Assembly: GCA_973895155.1 (NCBI GenBank)
Contig: OZ316896.1
Span: forward strand, 9,435,525-9,499,524
DNA: 64,000 bases
DNA from: Marsupella aquatica
Lineage: Eukaryota; Plantae; Marchantiophyta
Direction: 5' to 3'
Shown here: positions 51,934-63,500 of the stretch, piece after piece
Layout of the letters: the number at the start of each line of letters is the position of its first letter
Position numbering within the stretch: position 1 is the first letter of the stretch
Made by a program: the position numbers and the translations under genes
Notes under the pieces: model-generated
Told to the model about the DNA's origin: nothing
The model's database searches: none
The model's input: the letters and a program-made list of their open reading frames with translations, nothing else

Positions 51934-54900
51934 TCATGAAGATTCAATATGTTTAATTCTACCACCTAAAATCTTGCTCCTTTCTTTGTCCAGCATAGCA
52001 GTAGCACCCATCAGACGATCATGTTTCTTGCTTGTTCCAGATGTGACTGTCACCCTAGAAAGATGATCAAGCGTCTTAGAAATAACAGCTATTTGATCAA
52101 AGTTGCGTTTCATGGTCTTTGTCAAGTCAAAGATCTGTCCATTCCGGGCAGTTCAGATATTCCAGAGGATTTGGTAAATTAAAAAGGCACGTAGTGTGCT
52201 CAGTGGGGACTTCACTCGGCAAGACAGTAGGAGATCAAAAATGCTAAAGTCCTGGCCAATAATCTGTCCATTCAACCAGCCACTTGTCTCGCTCCAGCAG
52301 CTGTGTGCATGTCGGCATTGAAAGAAAAGGTGTGGGATAGTCTCAATCACCCCGGCAGAGCTCACAGCAGCCATCAAACTTCAAAATCCGCAAAGCCCTG
52401 GATCCAGAGAATAGGCCCTGGGCAAGAACACGCCATACAAAGGTTTTAGCCCTGGCTGGTGGACAGATCAGATTTCCAAGAAATCTGCCAGACATCACTC
52501 CATTCTTTCTCTGAAAGCATGACATCCCAGATCCTGTTTAGCCGAACGTAATCAGATCCCTTAAGTAGTGCAGAGCATATCATAAATCCTATGACTAGAC
52601 AAAACAAATAGCTTTGGATGTGAAGCAAGGTCAAGCCACCACCATTGTCTGGCAGGGGAGTCCACGTTACTTCCCTGGAAGGTAGTCAAACGGATTGTAT
52701 CCAGAAGAGCAAAGCAAGTTCTCTTGAGATCCTCAGGGAGCCCACGAATGCGATGCATCTTATCATGTAAGTCCTTCCACTTGTGGACAGCAGGGGACCA
52801 AAAGTCACATACTTTCCAGATCCCCAGTTTCCCACAAATCTTAACAATGCTAGTTCTAATGTCCTCCTACAAGTCGTAGTATCCATGTAAGCATCTGAGA
52901 AGATCTTCGATCCCCCAATGACCTGGAATTGAGCCGGTGCCAGGACAGAAGATCAGGATCCCTCTCACCTGCATCCAAGCACTCCAAATCTGTCCTGTGT
53001 ATTGTAAACGGCCAAAAGAACGAGGTGTGCTTAAAAGAATCTTGTCCTGCATGGAGTAGCGGTTCCTACGGACAGTCTTAAAGTTTCTCCATTTTGTTAG
53101 CAGTAAATTCTCAGCATACATTAGAGTCCACTCCGACCCTGGATGATCCAGTGCTCCAAAACCACCGGCTCAAGAGGGCATCAGAATGATTGCTTTCCAT
53201 CTTGGGTCGACATAACTTGGACCAGGCCACCAGGGGATCCGCTTCCTCCCTGTTTATTCATCCCCCATAGAAAGACCCGACTCAAGGCAATCAGTCTCTT
53301 GGCCAAGGAACTAGGTGACCTGAGAAACATCATGTGGTAGACCGGGATAGCCTGTAGGACATGCTTGACCAGTAGCGCCCAACCAGTGAATGAAAGAAAC
53401 TGAGTAGACCAAGATGAGAGCCGGGCACTGATCCTGTCAAGACAAAAACCATGCAATTGTGCCTCGGAGAGACCGTATCCAAAGGGTGCCCCAAGGTATT
53501 TTTGGACAACTCCTTCCGCACTGATTAGGCAGCCAATCTCCCTAAGCCAACCAGGGATGTCATCTAATGCAATAGGCACCACCACCGATTTGCTTAGATT
53601 TAATTTAGCATCCGTCGCACGCTCGTAGCAATTAATAGCACACTAGCCTGTTCAAAAGACTCGGCTGTGGCAGGAATGAACATCCCAAGGTCATCAACAA
53701 AGAGTCTAAAGCAGATAGTCAAAACTGAAGACACCTATATACCCTGTAGTCGACCTGCCTCAATTTCAGCCTTAAAAAATCCATAAGTGGTTGAGTAGAT
53801 AGAACAAAAAGTAAAGGGGAAAGCGGGCAGCCTTGTCGTACCCCTTTGCACATCCTCACATCAGCGGTCCAGAGGCCATTAACCAGAGCCCTGGAGGTAG
53901 CACCACCAATCAACGACTTGACAAGAAAAATAAAGTGGGATCCTATCCCTAACAAGTACATCATTTCCCAGATGTAGGAATGATCTACTCTGTCAAAAGC
54001 TTTTTCAAAGTCCAGTTTCAAGAAAAGAGATGGCGTCATGGTACAATTAATCCAATCATTGGCCAGCCAGGTGAGGGAGATGTTTTCCAGTATGTGCCTA
54101 CCAGGGATAAAGCCAGTCTGTTGCGAGCTAATCATATTGCGCAGTAGTATTTTTAACTTGAGGGCCAACAATTTAGCAATGAGTTTATAGGTAGTGGTCA
54201 GCATGGTCAAAGCTCTCCAATCTCCCAAACGGCGTTTATCCGTTTTCTTTGGAATAAACCAAATCACACCATCACGGATACAGGAGGCAAGTTGTCCTGT
54301 CCTCCAGAAGTCAAAAATCATGTCATGAAAATTGGCTTCCATGAAGTTCCAGCAAGCTCTGAACACTTCTGCCATCATTCCGTCAATTCTAGGAGCCTTG
54401 TCATTGGGTAGCTTCATTAGCATCTCCTGTAGCTCTCTCGCAGAGGGAAGCTCTTCCAACATTTGATTTCTGCTGACGAAGGGGCAAAATGAGTGGTTTG
54501 GGTCAGTTCTCTACGAGCTGCATACATATCTCTGAGGGCTTCAGCAGTCCGCACAGGTGGTGAGTAAAGGGCCTCACAGAAGCTTTGTACTTCTTGAACC
54601 ACAAGTTTTTCATCCCGTATTTTGCATCCTCCTTCCACCACCAAGTACTCCATTCTTTCTCGCTGCCTCTTTGCTTTCACAGTTGAGAAGTAGAATTTAG
54701 AAGGCTCATCCCCCTGCCCAAGCCATTTAATTTGAGAGAGTCTGCGATAGTGATGCGCTTCTTCTAGCTCTAAAGAGCGTACACTATCCTCAGTGTTTGC
54801 AAAATCCCTGATGCTATCGGTGGAGTAATCTTCCATGATTGTAATCTTCAGTAGGCAAAGTTTCTCTTTCAATAGTAGCATCTCTTGGTTGCGTGGAAGG

Positions 54901-55833
54901 GGAGAAGCCTGTAGGGTCATATAGCATTGCCTTATCCTTTGAAAAGCCTGTGCAAATCTCATGTGAGCGTCAGCAGGGGGATCCGTCATTCCCGTCCAAG
55001 TAGCTTCCAACTTCTCGAGATTATCCGCAGTCCTGAGTACAGCTGGGTTAGCTTTGAAATAGGTGGTGCAACGCTGGTTGGTTTCATACAGGAGTGGCAG
55101 GTTGAGGTGGAAGGATATCGGTATGGGGTCATGGTTAGAAAGGGCCAAAGTTCCATCATGTTTGAGTTCCAATAGTTCCGCAGTTCATCTGCCTTTTTCG
55201 CTGAAGTAAAAGCGATCTAATCGGGATTGAACCAACACTCCATTGCGAATTTGTCGCCAAGTGAATTTGGATCCATTTACGTGACCAAGGATGGAGATAG
55301 CATCCTGCAAATCCAATCTGAGTTTAAGAAACCTCCAGAACTCTAGCTCTCTATCGCGGATCGTGGAGAGGGACCTGTTGAGTCTACTCTGGATTCCGTC
55401 ATATTAAAATCGCCACAGAGTACCCATCTGTCATGGGGAAGCTCATTCTTCAGATCATTCCAAACAATGTTCTATCACCTTCTGAGTTAGGTGCGTACAC
55501 ACTAATGAGTCCAAAGTTCCCATTAGCATGCTCCAACTGGACCTAGACTACTCTCCCTCTGTCAAGTTGTCCAGATCCAAGGACCTTGAAGGAGGGGTTG
55601 AGAAGAATAGCAGTTCCTCCTTGACATTCATCAGGGGCAAAGTAAAAGAATTGATAATTGGGTAAAATAGTTTTAAGGGCGAAATCAAGGCGGAAGCCAT
55701 CAGCTTTTACTTCCTAAAGCGTGAGGGCGTCTAGGGGAGGTCTCAAAGTGGAGGTCCATTGCAGCACAACATTTTTGCGATCAGGATCACAAAGCCCACA
55801 CACATTCCAGGATGCAAATGTAAACGTTGCCAT
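51934..55833 (-). pseudogene. LINE ORF2 (APE-RT-zf-RVT), frameshifted
   Basis: Starts MATFTFASWNVCGL at 55833. Contains SRLDRFY, LSNHDPI, LKLDFEKAFDRVDH, GVRQGCPLSPLLF, KYLGAP and ETIPHLFFQC. Confidence 0.92.
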
Positions 55834-55906
55834 GACAAATTTCTTCCTTTGGCAGAACGTCTTGCCAAACTCAGAGAAAGTCCATCGTAGGACCTAGAGA
55901 GTCGGA

Positions 55907-58110
55907 CTACTGGCAACGCCTGTAGTCACCAAATGCAGAATGTTGGGAGAGTTTTAATGCCAAGCCAGAGGGGCTAGCCGAAGCGTCCATCTCAATCGGG
56001 GGAATCCCAGATCCCTTTTTCAGATCCTTAGCTTGCTTTCGACTGGGCGGCACCCAGCCTTCAGCGTCCTGCATATTGGAACCAGGAGTGAAGTGTAAGG
56101 ATTTTTGAGTTTTAGCTTTCTTCTTATCTTTCTCTTTTTTCTTGTCATCGGGTGGTGATCTTTTGGCCAATTTCCTCGCTTGATCCTTTTTAATTGTAGT
56201 ACGAGAAATGAAACCTTCGTATTCAGACAGCTCCATGTCTGAGGCAATCTCTGAGGCAGAGAGTTCCTCCTCAACCTCTTCCATGTTATCCGGGGCGCCC
56301 TCAATTAGAGAGGCTGGTGCCAACATTTCAGCCTGTCTCAGAGGTAGACCAGATACCGGTGAGTTTTTGCCAGGGATGAATAAACCAGTCGAGGAGGGAA
56401 TCGTAGCTGAGGTCCGCTGCTGTAAATCCTGGATAACCTTAGGAATAGTATTTGAGTCAAAGAGGATATGCATCGTAGAGGTATCCAATCCTAACCTCTC
56501 AGCGGACTCATCAATGGCCTGATCCATCACCACCAGCAGAACCTCAGTAGCATGATCTTGGGGATTCCCAAAAAGAGCTCCATCACTCACTGATGGCAGA
56601 GCTCTCGCACCAAGAACAAAAGCAGGTTCTTCTCACAGGGCAGCAATGGCGAGTTCAGCATGAACCTCCGTAGTTGAGACAGCAACCACCGGTGCTTTGG
56701 CCCCAGCAAAATCCGGGGGGATCAATGTAGCATTCGTGGGGGGAGTTCATCTGGTGTAACCTCCTCATAGAGTCTACAGTCTTGTGCCAGATGTCCTTTC
56801 TTGTTGCAACGAAAGCAATGGAAAGGGATATTCTTAAAAATGACTGGTTGCCAGATAGAGAGCCCTTCCTTAAAGCAAACCTCTACACTCAAGGGAAACT
56901 CACGCCGCGTGTCCCATAGGATGCAGGCCTGATCATGGGGGTAAGAACTAAGCTCGTTGCCTTGAATATAATGTAAGATATCCCCAAGAGAAGCAGCAGG
57001 CATCCTGCGACAGGGTTCCAAAACTAAAGCCCAAAAAGGTATCTCAATCCAAACGGGTAACATCGTGTAGGTTTCGTTCCTGATATCAAAGGATGGATCC
57101 CAGGGAAAGGTGAACACAAATTTTCGCTCCAGAAACCAAGGAGCGTACGCCAATGCTGAGTCACGATGTGCAGGATTCTTCAAAACCACCATGTAGAAGT
57201 TCTTGCCAACAAATTTAACCTGAGACACCGGCCAGTTCATCTCTGCCACCAAAGTTGTTTCCACCCAAAATTTAAAGGAAGGCAACATAGGTGCTCGATC
57301 AGTAAAATAACACATCATAGTGCAATTGAAGAGATCATTTACCGTCTCCACAGCCTCTTCAATTGACCAATTGGTAGTAGTGTGGAGCTTGGAGGGCCAA
57401 TCCTGTATGGATATATCAGCAATGCGCCTAAGAATGGGGAGGCAAGCCGTAGCAGCATCCATCCTCTCTGATGCCGATGCCAGTCCACGATCATGTCAAG
57501 AGCCCTTAGCAGCATCAGCTGGACACGATTCAATTGGAGTTCTAAGAGGCCCGTTCCCTCCTGTGGGGGTGTCAATATTCATGGCATGTGCATCCTCTTC
57601 TCATCGATCTCCAATGTCATCCCGGTAGTTATCTGCAAAAGGTGGTATCTTCCTTCCTTCAAGCGCGTCCATCGGTGACCCCACAGGAGCCAGGTAGGAT
57701 TTCCATCGGGAGAAGCTGTCTGTGTTGTCTCTTGAGGGCTTAAGGCCGAACCAGCTTTGTTGTGGCTCAGGAGGTCGAATAGAATTGCTCTGGTCAAAGG
57801 TGGGTTTACGTAGCGGTGCAGCTGAATCAGAGCGTGCATCCTGGCCAGAAAAGCTCTTATCAGGGAGAGATGCTCGGGGTGAATCCTGGCTTTCAGGATA
57901 AGAATGATGATTCCTCTCTAGTGTGTCTTGTTCTCTCCAGTGTCCAGCTCCACCCTCGGCATCCCGACGCGCCCGACCCTCACGCAAGAAGGCAGGCCCC
58001 ATCATAAGAGCCCCACGTCCATCGGGAAAAGAAGAGCGTCCCGGATTGAAACCCATGAAGCAATGTAATTCAGTAATGAATGACCAAGAGCGAGAGGTGC
58101 TCCACAACTA
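55907..58110 (-). pseudogene. LINE ORF1 (DUF4283 plus CCHC knuckle), frameshifted
   Basis: APWFLERKFVFTFPWDPSF, LPVWIEIP, CFRCNKKGHLAQDC. Confidence 0.85.
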
Positions 58111-59398
58111 GTCAAAAAGAGAGAAATCTCCGTACAAGGCAACGACAAAAAGGGGAGCGGAAGTGTGATACAAGCAAGCCAGCTCAAGCACAGCAGAAGC
58201 TCAACAATGTCGCCTGAATGCAAGTATGAATGAGGGGAGAATCTCACCAAGTCCGAGAGACAAAATGTGTCTCAAGAGAACCGAGCTATTTCAACCTTTA
58301 CCGTAGGAAGCACAAAATCAGTAGAAGGACAAGGTCTTCTAAGAGGTGAAACAGCACCCTCAAATTTGGGGTGAAAGAGATTTTCAAGCCCGTGACCTCG
58401 AGAAGCGCACACCGGCTAAACCAAGGAATCAGTCACCGAGCGGACCGTACGTCGCACCAGATCTCCTGTTAATTCTCAGAGGCACCGCAAAGTTGATCCA
58501 TTCTTTTGTCCTTCACATAGGCGTCGGCAAGCCCCGTTCCCAAAACCCTGTTAAGCTAGAGAGACCTTAAACCTTCCAACAAAGTGCCGATTCAGTATAA
58601 CCGACGCGAGATGCGCCAAAGCCCTAATTCCATTTAAAGTGCGATGATCAACTCTAGAGAAGTCAAAGTTTGCAAAGTTAGGCTCTAAACAAAGTAAATA
58701 TCCCCTCCATCCAGGAAGTAAACATCACAGGTACTCAAAACCAGAGATCGACCAACACCGTCGATCTGAGACCACCTAGAGAACCCCCGACCACAATTGT
58801 CAGTTCTTCAGTTCTTCAGTTCTGCTCAGCTCTGCTCAGCTCCGCTCAGTTCTCCCACAGTCCCCCCTGAAAATCCACACCACTTAGCTTTTGGTGTAGA
58901 CCTTGACTTATCTCATGTTAGGATATTTGTTGTCAAGTACTCAAAGACAAAAAGGTATCTATATTGGTTTTGAGTCACCATCTATAATCAGATACCTAGA
59001 ACCATCCACTGCTGGTGTTTTTCAAGCAAGGTTTGTTGACTGTCATTTCTATGAGAACATTTTCCCTAAATTATTTGAAGGGAAACCACAATTTTAACAA
59101 CCTCGTGACTTAGAATTGCAATGGCAAACACAACCCATTTTTTGGAATGATCAATGTGAAAAAGAAGTTTGTAGGATATTGCAATTGGCAAAGACTGTGG
59201 AACAAATACCAGATGCATTTACCGATATTGCGCAGGTGATACAATCAAACACACATCCCTATTGCAAATGCCCCTGCATGTTTGCAAATATCGACACAAC
59301 TAGCCACTGAGCATCCACCAAGAACAAAATATGGACGTCATTTGGGATCTAAAGATACCCAACCAACGCAAAGAAGAACTACCACAACACCATCTAAC

Positions 59399-60554
59399 TG
59401 TTAGTCTCTACCTCCTATTGACCGGACCAGCCAGTCATCCGGCACTACTACATGTACACACCTTTCCAGACTATACGACAGTTATTGACATTTGCATTAT
59501 CACACGTTATCAGCACGAGAGCTCAACCACCGGAGCAAAGGAGAAAGAAAAAAAACTATGAAAGATTGAGCAATTTTAAGTGGAAAATGGTGAAGAATCT
59601 AATTGAACAGGACTATGGCGAATGAAGGCAAATGAAGAGTCGAAGCAAAAGTGCAAACGAGATCACAGAAGGAAGAATGAGCACATAGAAGTCAAAGAAG
59701 GAGGCCATGAATTTTTACGAAGGGCTATGGAGATTGAAAGAAAGCATTGAATAAAAAAAGCAGACCATAAGGAACATTCAACGGCTTTAGATCAATACGG
59801 ATCGAGAACACAATGTGGAGCCACATGATGCAAAGTAAACTGATAAGGAGAGCATCGAAAACTGAGGATTGCACTGAGTAGGATTCGGAGAGAATTCCAT
59901 AAGGACCTCGTAGACGCTCAATGTCAATTGATAAAGTCCCAAAAGAGAGGAAGGAAACAGAAGAATTGATCCTTACGCTAGCAGCAAGAAAAATTGATAA
60001 AAGTGAAAGAGCGATCGAGAAGGGGGCACTGCGAGGACCAATTCCCCCAGAAGATCATCATGAGAGGACTTAGAAAGAGAAAAGACATATTAAGGGAGGA
60101 GCGAAACTGACAAAAAGAGCAAATACGGATAGACCAGGTGAGAGAGAGGTGCAAAAGAAGATCAGGGATTGTAATCCCCGAAATTGCAGTACGCACCAGA
60201 GAGAGAAGGACAAGTGGAGATTGATCGTCTGGCAAGGAGAAATATTTTTGGCTTTCGATAGGCAGTACAACGGGCACGGGAAAGAACCCGAATTGGAGGA
60301 AAACAAAGAAAAACTTTCCCAAAAGAGAAAAGCAGAAGGCCGATTGAAATCCGAAGACACAAGTGACGACCTCGGGATTGATCCAGCCAACTGGAAGGAA
60401 GAACCATTGAGAACAAGAACTGGAGACAAACCTGAAGGAGAAACGAATCTGATCAAAGGAGCTCGGGTGCAGGACGGCACATCAACAAATCCCGTAACAA
60501 AAACCGTCAAAACATCGAGGAAACCTCGAAAACACCTGCTAAGTGCATAACCCT
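59399..60554 (+). mobile_element. Second Bianca-type Copia 5' end (LTR ~59399-59504, PBS, leader) nested in element 1
   Basis: TG...CACA followed by the PBS CGTTATCAGCACGA (59505-59518). The purine-rich leader resembles 48050-49070 (e.g. AATT(T/C)CATAAGGAC, TAAGTGCA.AACC). Confidence 0.75.
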
Positions 60555-63500
60555 TGTGATGCCTAGACAGGAATCACTCGGCCGGTTAAGTGGGTAAAGC
60601 AGGAAGGCACCCTAGGAACACCTTAGTATAGGGACAAAACAAGGAAAATATAAACAATTAGGGGCAACCATGGAACCCGGGCCGAGGCCGGAGGTAAGGC
60701 TGAGGGTGAAAACCCGATTAGGGTTAGGGCGCGTTAAGCGTCGGCGGCTAGGAAGGATCAACGGGAAGAAGGACCGGCAGAGGAGAGGGGTAAGGAGCGC
60801 TTGCAGGAGATGGTGGCTCATTTGCGAGCACGAACTAGGCAGACGACTACGGGAGGCCAACTACTGTCAGCTGCTTAGCCAAGCACTCGGGGAGAGAGTA
60901 GATACCAACGATCGACCTAAGGAGGGTATGAGCAACGTCAATCAAGCGGCACATTTCTGGGGATGCCTGTTCGAACGGGCAACTGAGTACATCAAGACTT
61001 ACGAGGACGAGGAGTCAGAAAGGGCAGCTCGAGAACGGCAGGAGCTCGCTCGATTGTGGGAGCTGCAGAAGACGGCTTTCTTAGGAGGCGAACTCATCAA
61101 GGACGAGTTCCTGTGGACGCCTACTTCCAATCAACTCGACGATCTTCTGTTTTGCAAAGACAGCGTCGTCGGCATCCGAGAGGCCATCAAGAACTGCAAC
61201 GACATACACTGGGAATTAAAGGGTAGCACGGAAAGGTGGACCCAGGCAACGGTGCTAGGAGAAACCTCCACGGCAGCAGAGATGAAGAGGAAGGGAGCCG
61301 TCAACGATGAAGCCACCCCGGCAAAAAGAACGAGGTCGGCGGCACCAAAGAAGCCAGCCGAGCAGCAGAGCAGGAGGAAGGGAGAAGCCGAAGAGGAGGA
61401 GGTCGATCCCATCAAGGCCATTCCAACCAGGGATGACACCTGGAAGGGCTGGGCGGCAACCCTACCGGTGGAGGTGCAACTACATTTTGCACGGGAGGAG
61501 GATGCATGCTTTACGGCCATGCAGACCAAGAAGTACCAAGGCTTCATGGCCGGATCCGGCTTGGAGGCCTTTGTAAGATTACCATGGCTGAAGCCGGAGG
61601 TACCGGAGTCAGACCTATTAGAATTCGTGGGGTCATGGGAACCCGAGACCAATTGCACGAGGATATATGGGAAGGATTTCTATCTTACTCCCAAGGTAAT
61701 TGCCGAAGTGTTTGGCCTGCCGATAGGCAATAAGACCAAAGTTGATACCAGGAAGACCTTGCCTGACAAGGAGTTCCGGTCGTTCCCCGGGCCATCAACG
61801 AAGAATGGCTTCTTCCGGAACACCTGCACCAACCCGCACATAGGAGAGATGATCGACTTCTTGCGGGTGACCATGCATTGTAACTTGCCGAGGGCAGAGA
61901 TCGGCAAGGCACAGGTCTATCTGGCAGAAAGGCCAGACCCAAGCTGGGACTACAACGGGTACCTCCTCAACCAATTGAAGAAGATCTTAAAGGAGGAGCA
62001 GCAGGTAATCGGCATGGGGAGCGTGTCGCGGCTGGGCTATCACATGCCGCTGTTGTGCCGGTATGCCAGAGGTCAGACTTTTGCCCCGGTACTTCCCCTG
62101 CAGGTAAGGGCACCCGAGGAAGCTCCAACGCCGAGGCCGTTGGCTGAGAAGCCTCAACCACCTGTTAGTCCTACGATCGAGCAGGTGTTTAGGCCCAGGA
62201 AGGAGGACTTGCCGATGCAGCAACCAGGCATGCAGAGTCTGCTGAAACTACTGGAGAAAGAAAAGAAATCGGCATCGGCAACAACAACGGCAACGGCAAC
62301 AATGCAGGACACTACTACAGAGGTAGGCCTACACCGGCTCACAAGAGAAAACCCCTTTGCTGGAGACAAGGAGAGAATCAGGCCGGAATCCAAGCCAGGT
62401 GTTCGAATGTACGTGGGAACCTCAAGCTCCGAATCTGAGGCAGAATTGCCTGAAGCTCCTACCGACGAAGAGGAGAGGGAGAAGCCGGACGTCCAAGAGG
62501 TAGAGGAGGCAGTGGAGGACTACAGCCATGATAATTCCGGCTATGGGTCGGACCATCACGTTCCAGGAGTAAGGACCTGTGGCCGGTTTGTCCCCACACT
62601 TCCAAGGGTAGTGCGAGGGGACCCCAACCAGCAGAGTAGCCCTGAGTCTCCCCCACCAGATGTTGCTCCCCCGAGCTTCGACGGCATAAAACAGACGGTG
62701 CAGGAATTTCAGGAGCGAATCAAGCAGGAGGAGGAGGCCGCCCTGGCTAAGGAAAAGGATTTACCAGGAGGAGATTGGCCGGAGGACATCAGGCGGCTAG
62801 CCAAAAAAGGAAGCAAACCTCTAGCCACGATTGAAGAGATCCGCAGGACGGCTTGGGAGCAGAGGCCGCGATGGGCGATGCCGATCACTTCTACTTACTC
62901 CACCTACGCTAAGAATAGAGCCATGGAGTATGGTGAGATGTGTGGGGAACTTGCGCTCGGCATCTTTGGAGAGGAGTTGGAGGTAGGACCCTTTTTCCAT
63001 AGGGAGCAGTTGGAGAAGCACCAATTAGAAGAAGCGGTGGCTTTAGAGAGAAGCAAGAAGGACGAGGTCATTCGGCGGCTTAGGAGGATGGAAGCCGAGA
63101 TTGAAGATCTAAGGGCGGCCAAGAAAGCCCAAGATGAACTGCGGATTAAACGACATGAGCTGAACATCATGCAGGGGCAGTTGGACACCGCGCAGGCTGA
63201 TAATCAGAATATCAAGGATAAACTGACTCAGACGCAGGAAGAGTTGGCCGACACGATCAAAGAGAGGGAGAAGTGGAAGCAAGAGCTGAAGAATACAGAG
63301 GAGGCCCACATAACAGCCAACAGCCGGGCCATGGCGGAGACCCAAAGAAAGGAATGGGCGTTGAAAGGGGAGCTCGAGAAAATCCGCGGAGCCCTTGAGC
63401 AGAAGGAGGCCGAGTTAGGGAAATCCTATCAAGGGATTATGGCGTTGCAGCAGGAGCTTGCGTCCCTGACGGCCAGCTTCAAGGCCGACCTAAGGGAGAA

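Larger units (their letters stand above)
51693..58873 (-). mobile_element. Full-length L1-clade LINE (~7.2 kb), degenerate
   Basis: 19-bp TSD TCCACACCA(A/C)TTAGCTTTT (51674-51692 / 58874-58892), poly(T) on + at 51689-51708, and short tandem repeats in the 5' UTR (58800-58852). Confidence 0.93.
47906..59398 (+). mobile_element. Copia Bianca-type element 1 (short 5' LTR ~47906-48036, long leader, decayed gag-PR-IN from 49556), interrupted by a LINE and a second Copia
   Basis: Degenerate PBS CATTATCAACAC at 48037. gag MATIEKLNFLPLTIEGENYLSWSLDIK; PR CIVDSGTSHTILK; IN HADVCGPIEPPSGPFRFF and HVHFQNGIVES. It resumes after the LINE with GIYIGFESPSIIRYLEP. The LTR start is tentative. Confidence 0.85.
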
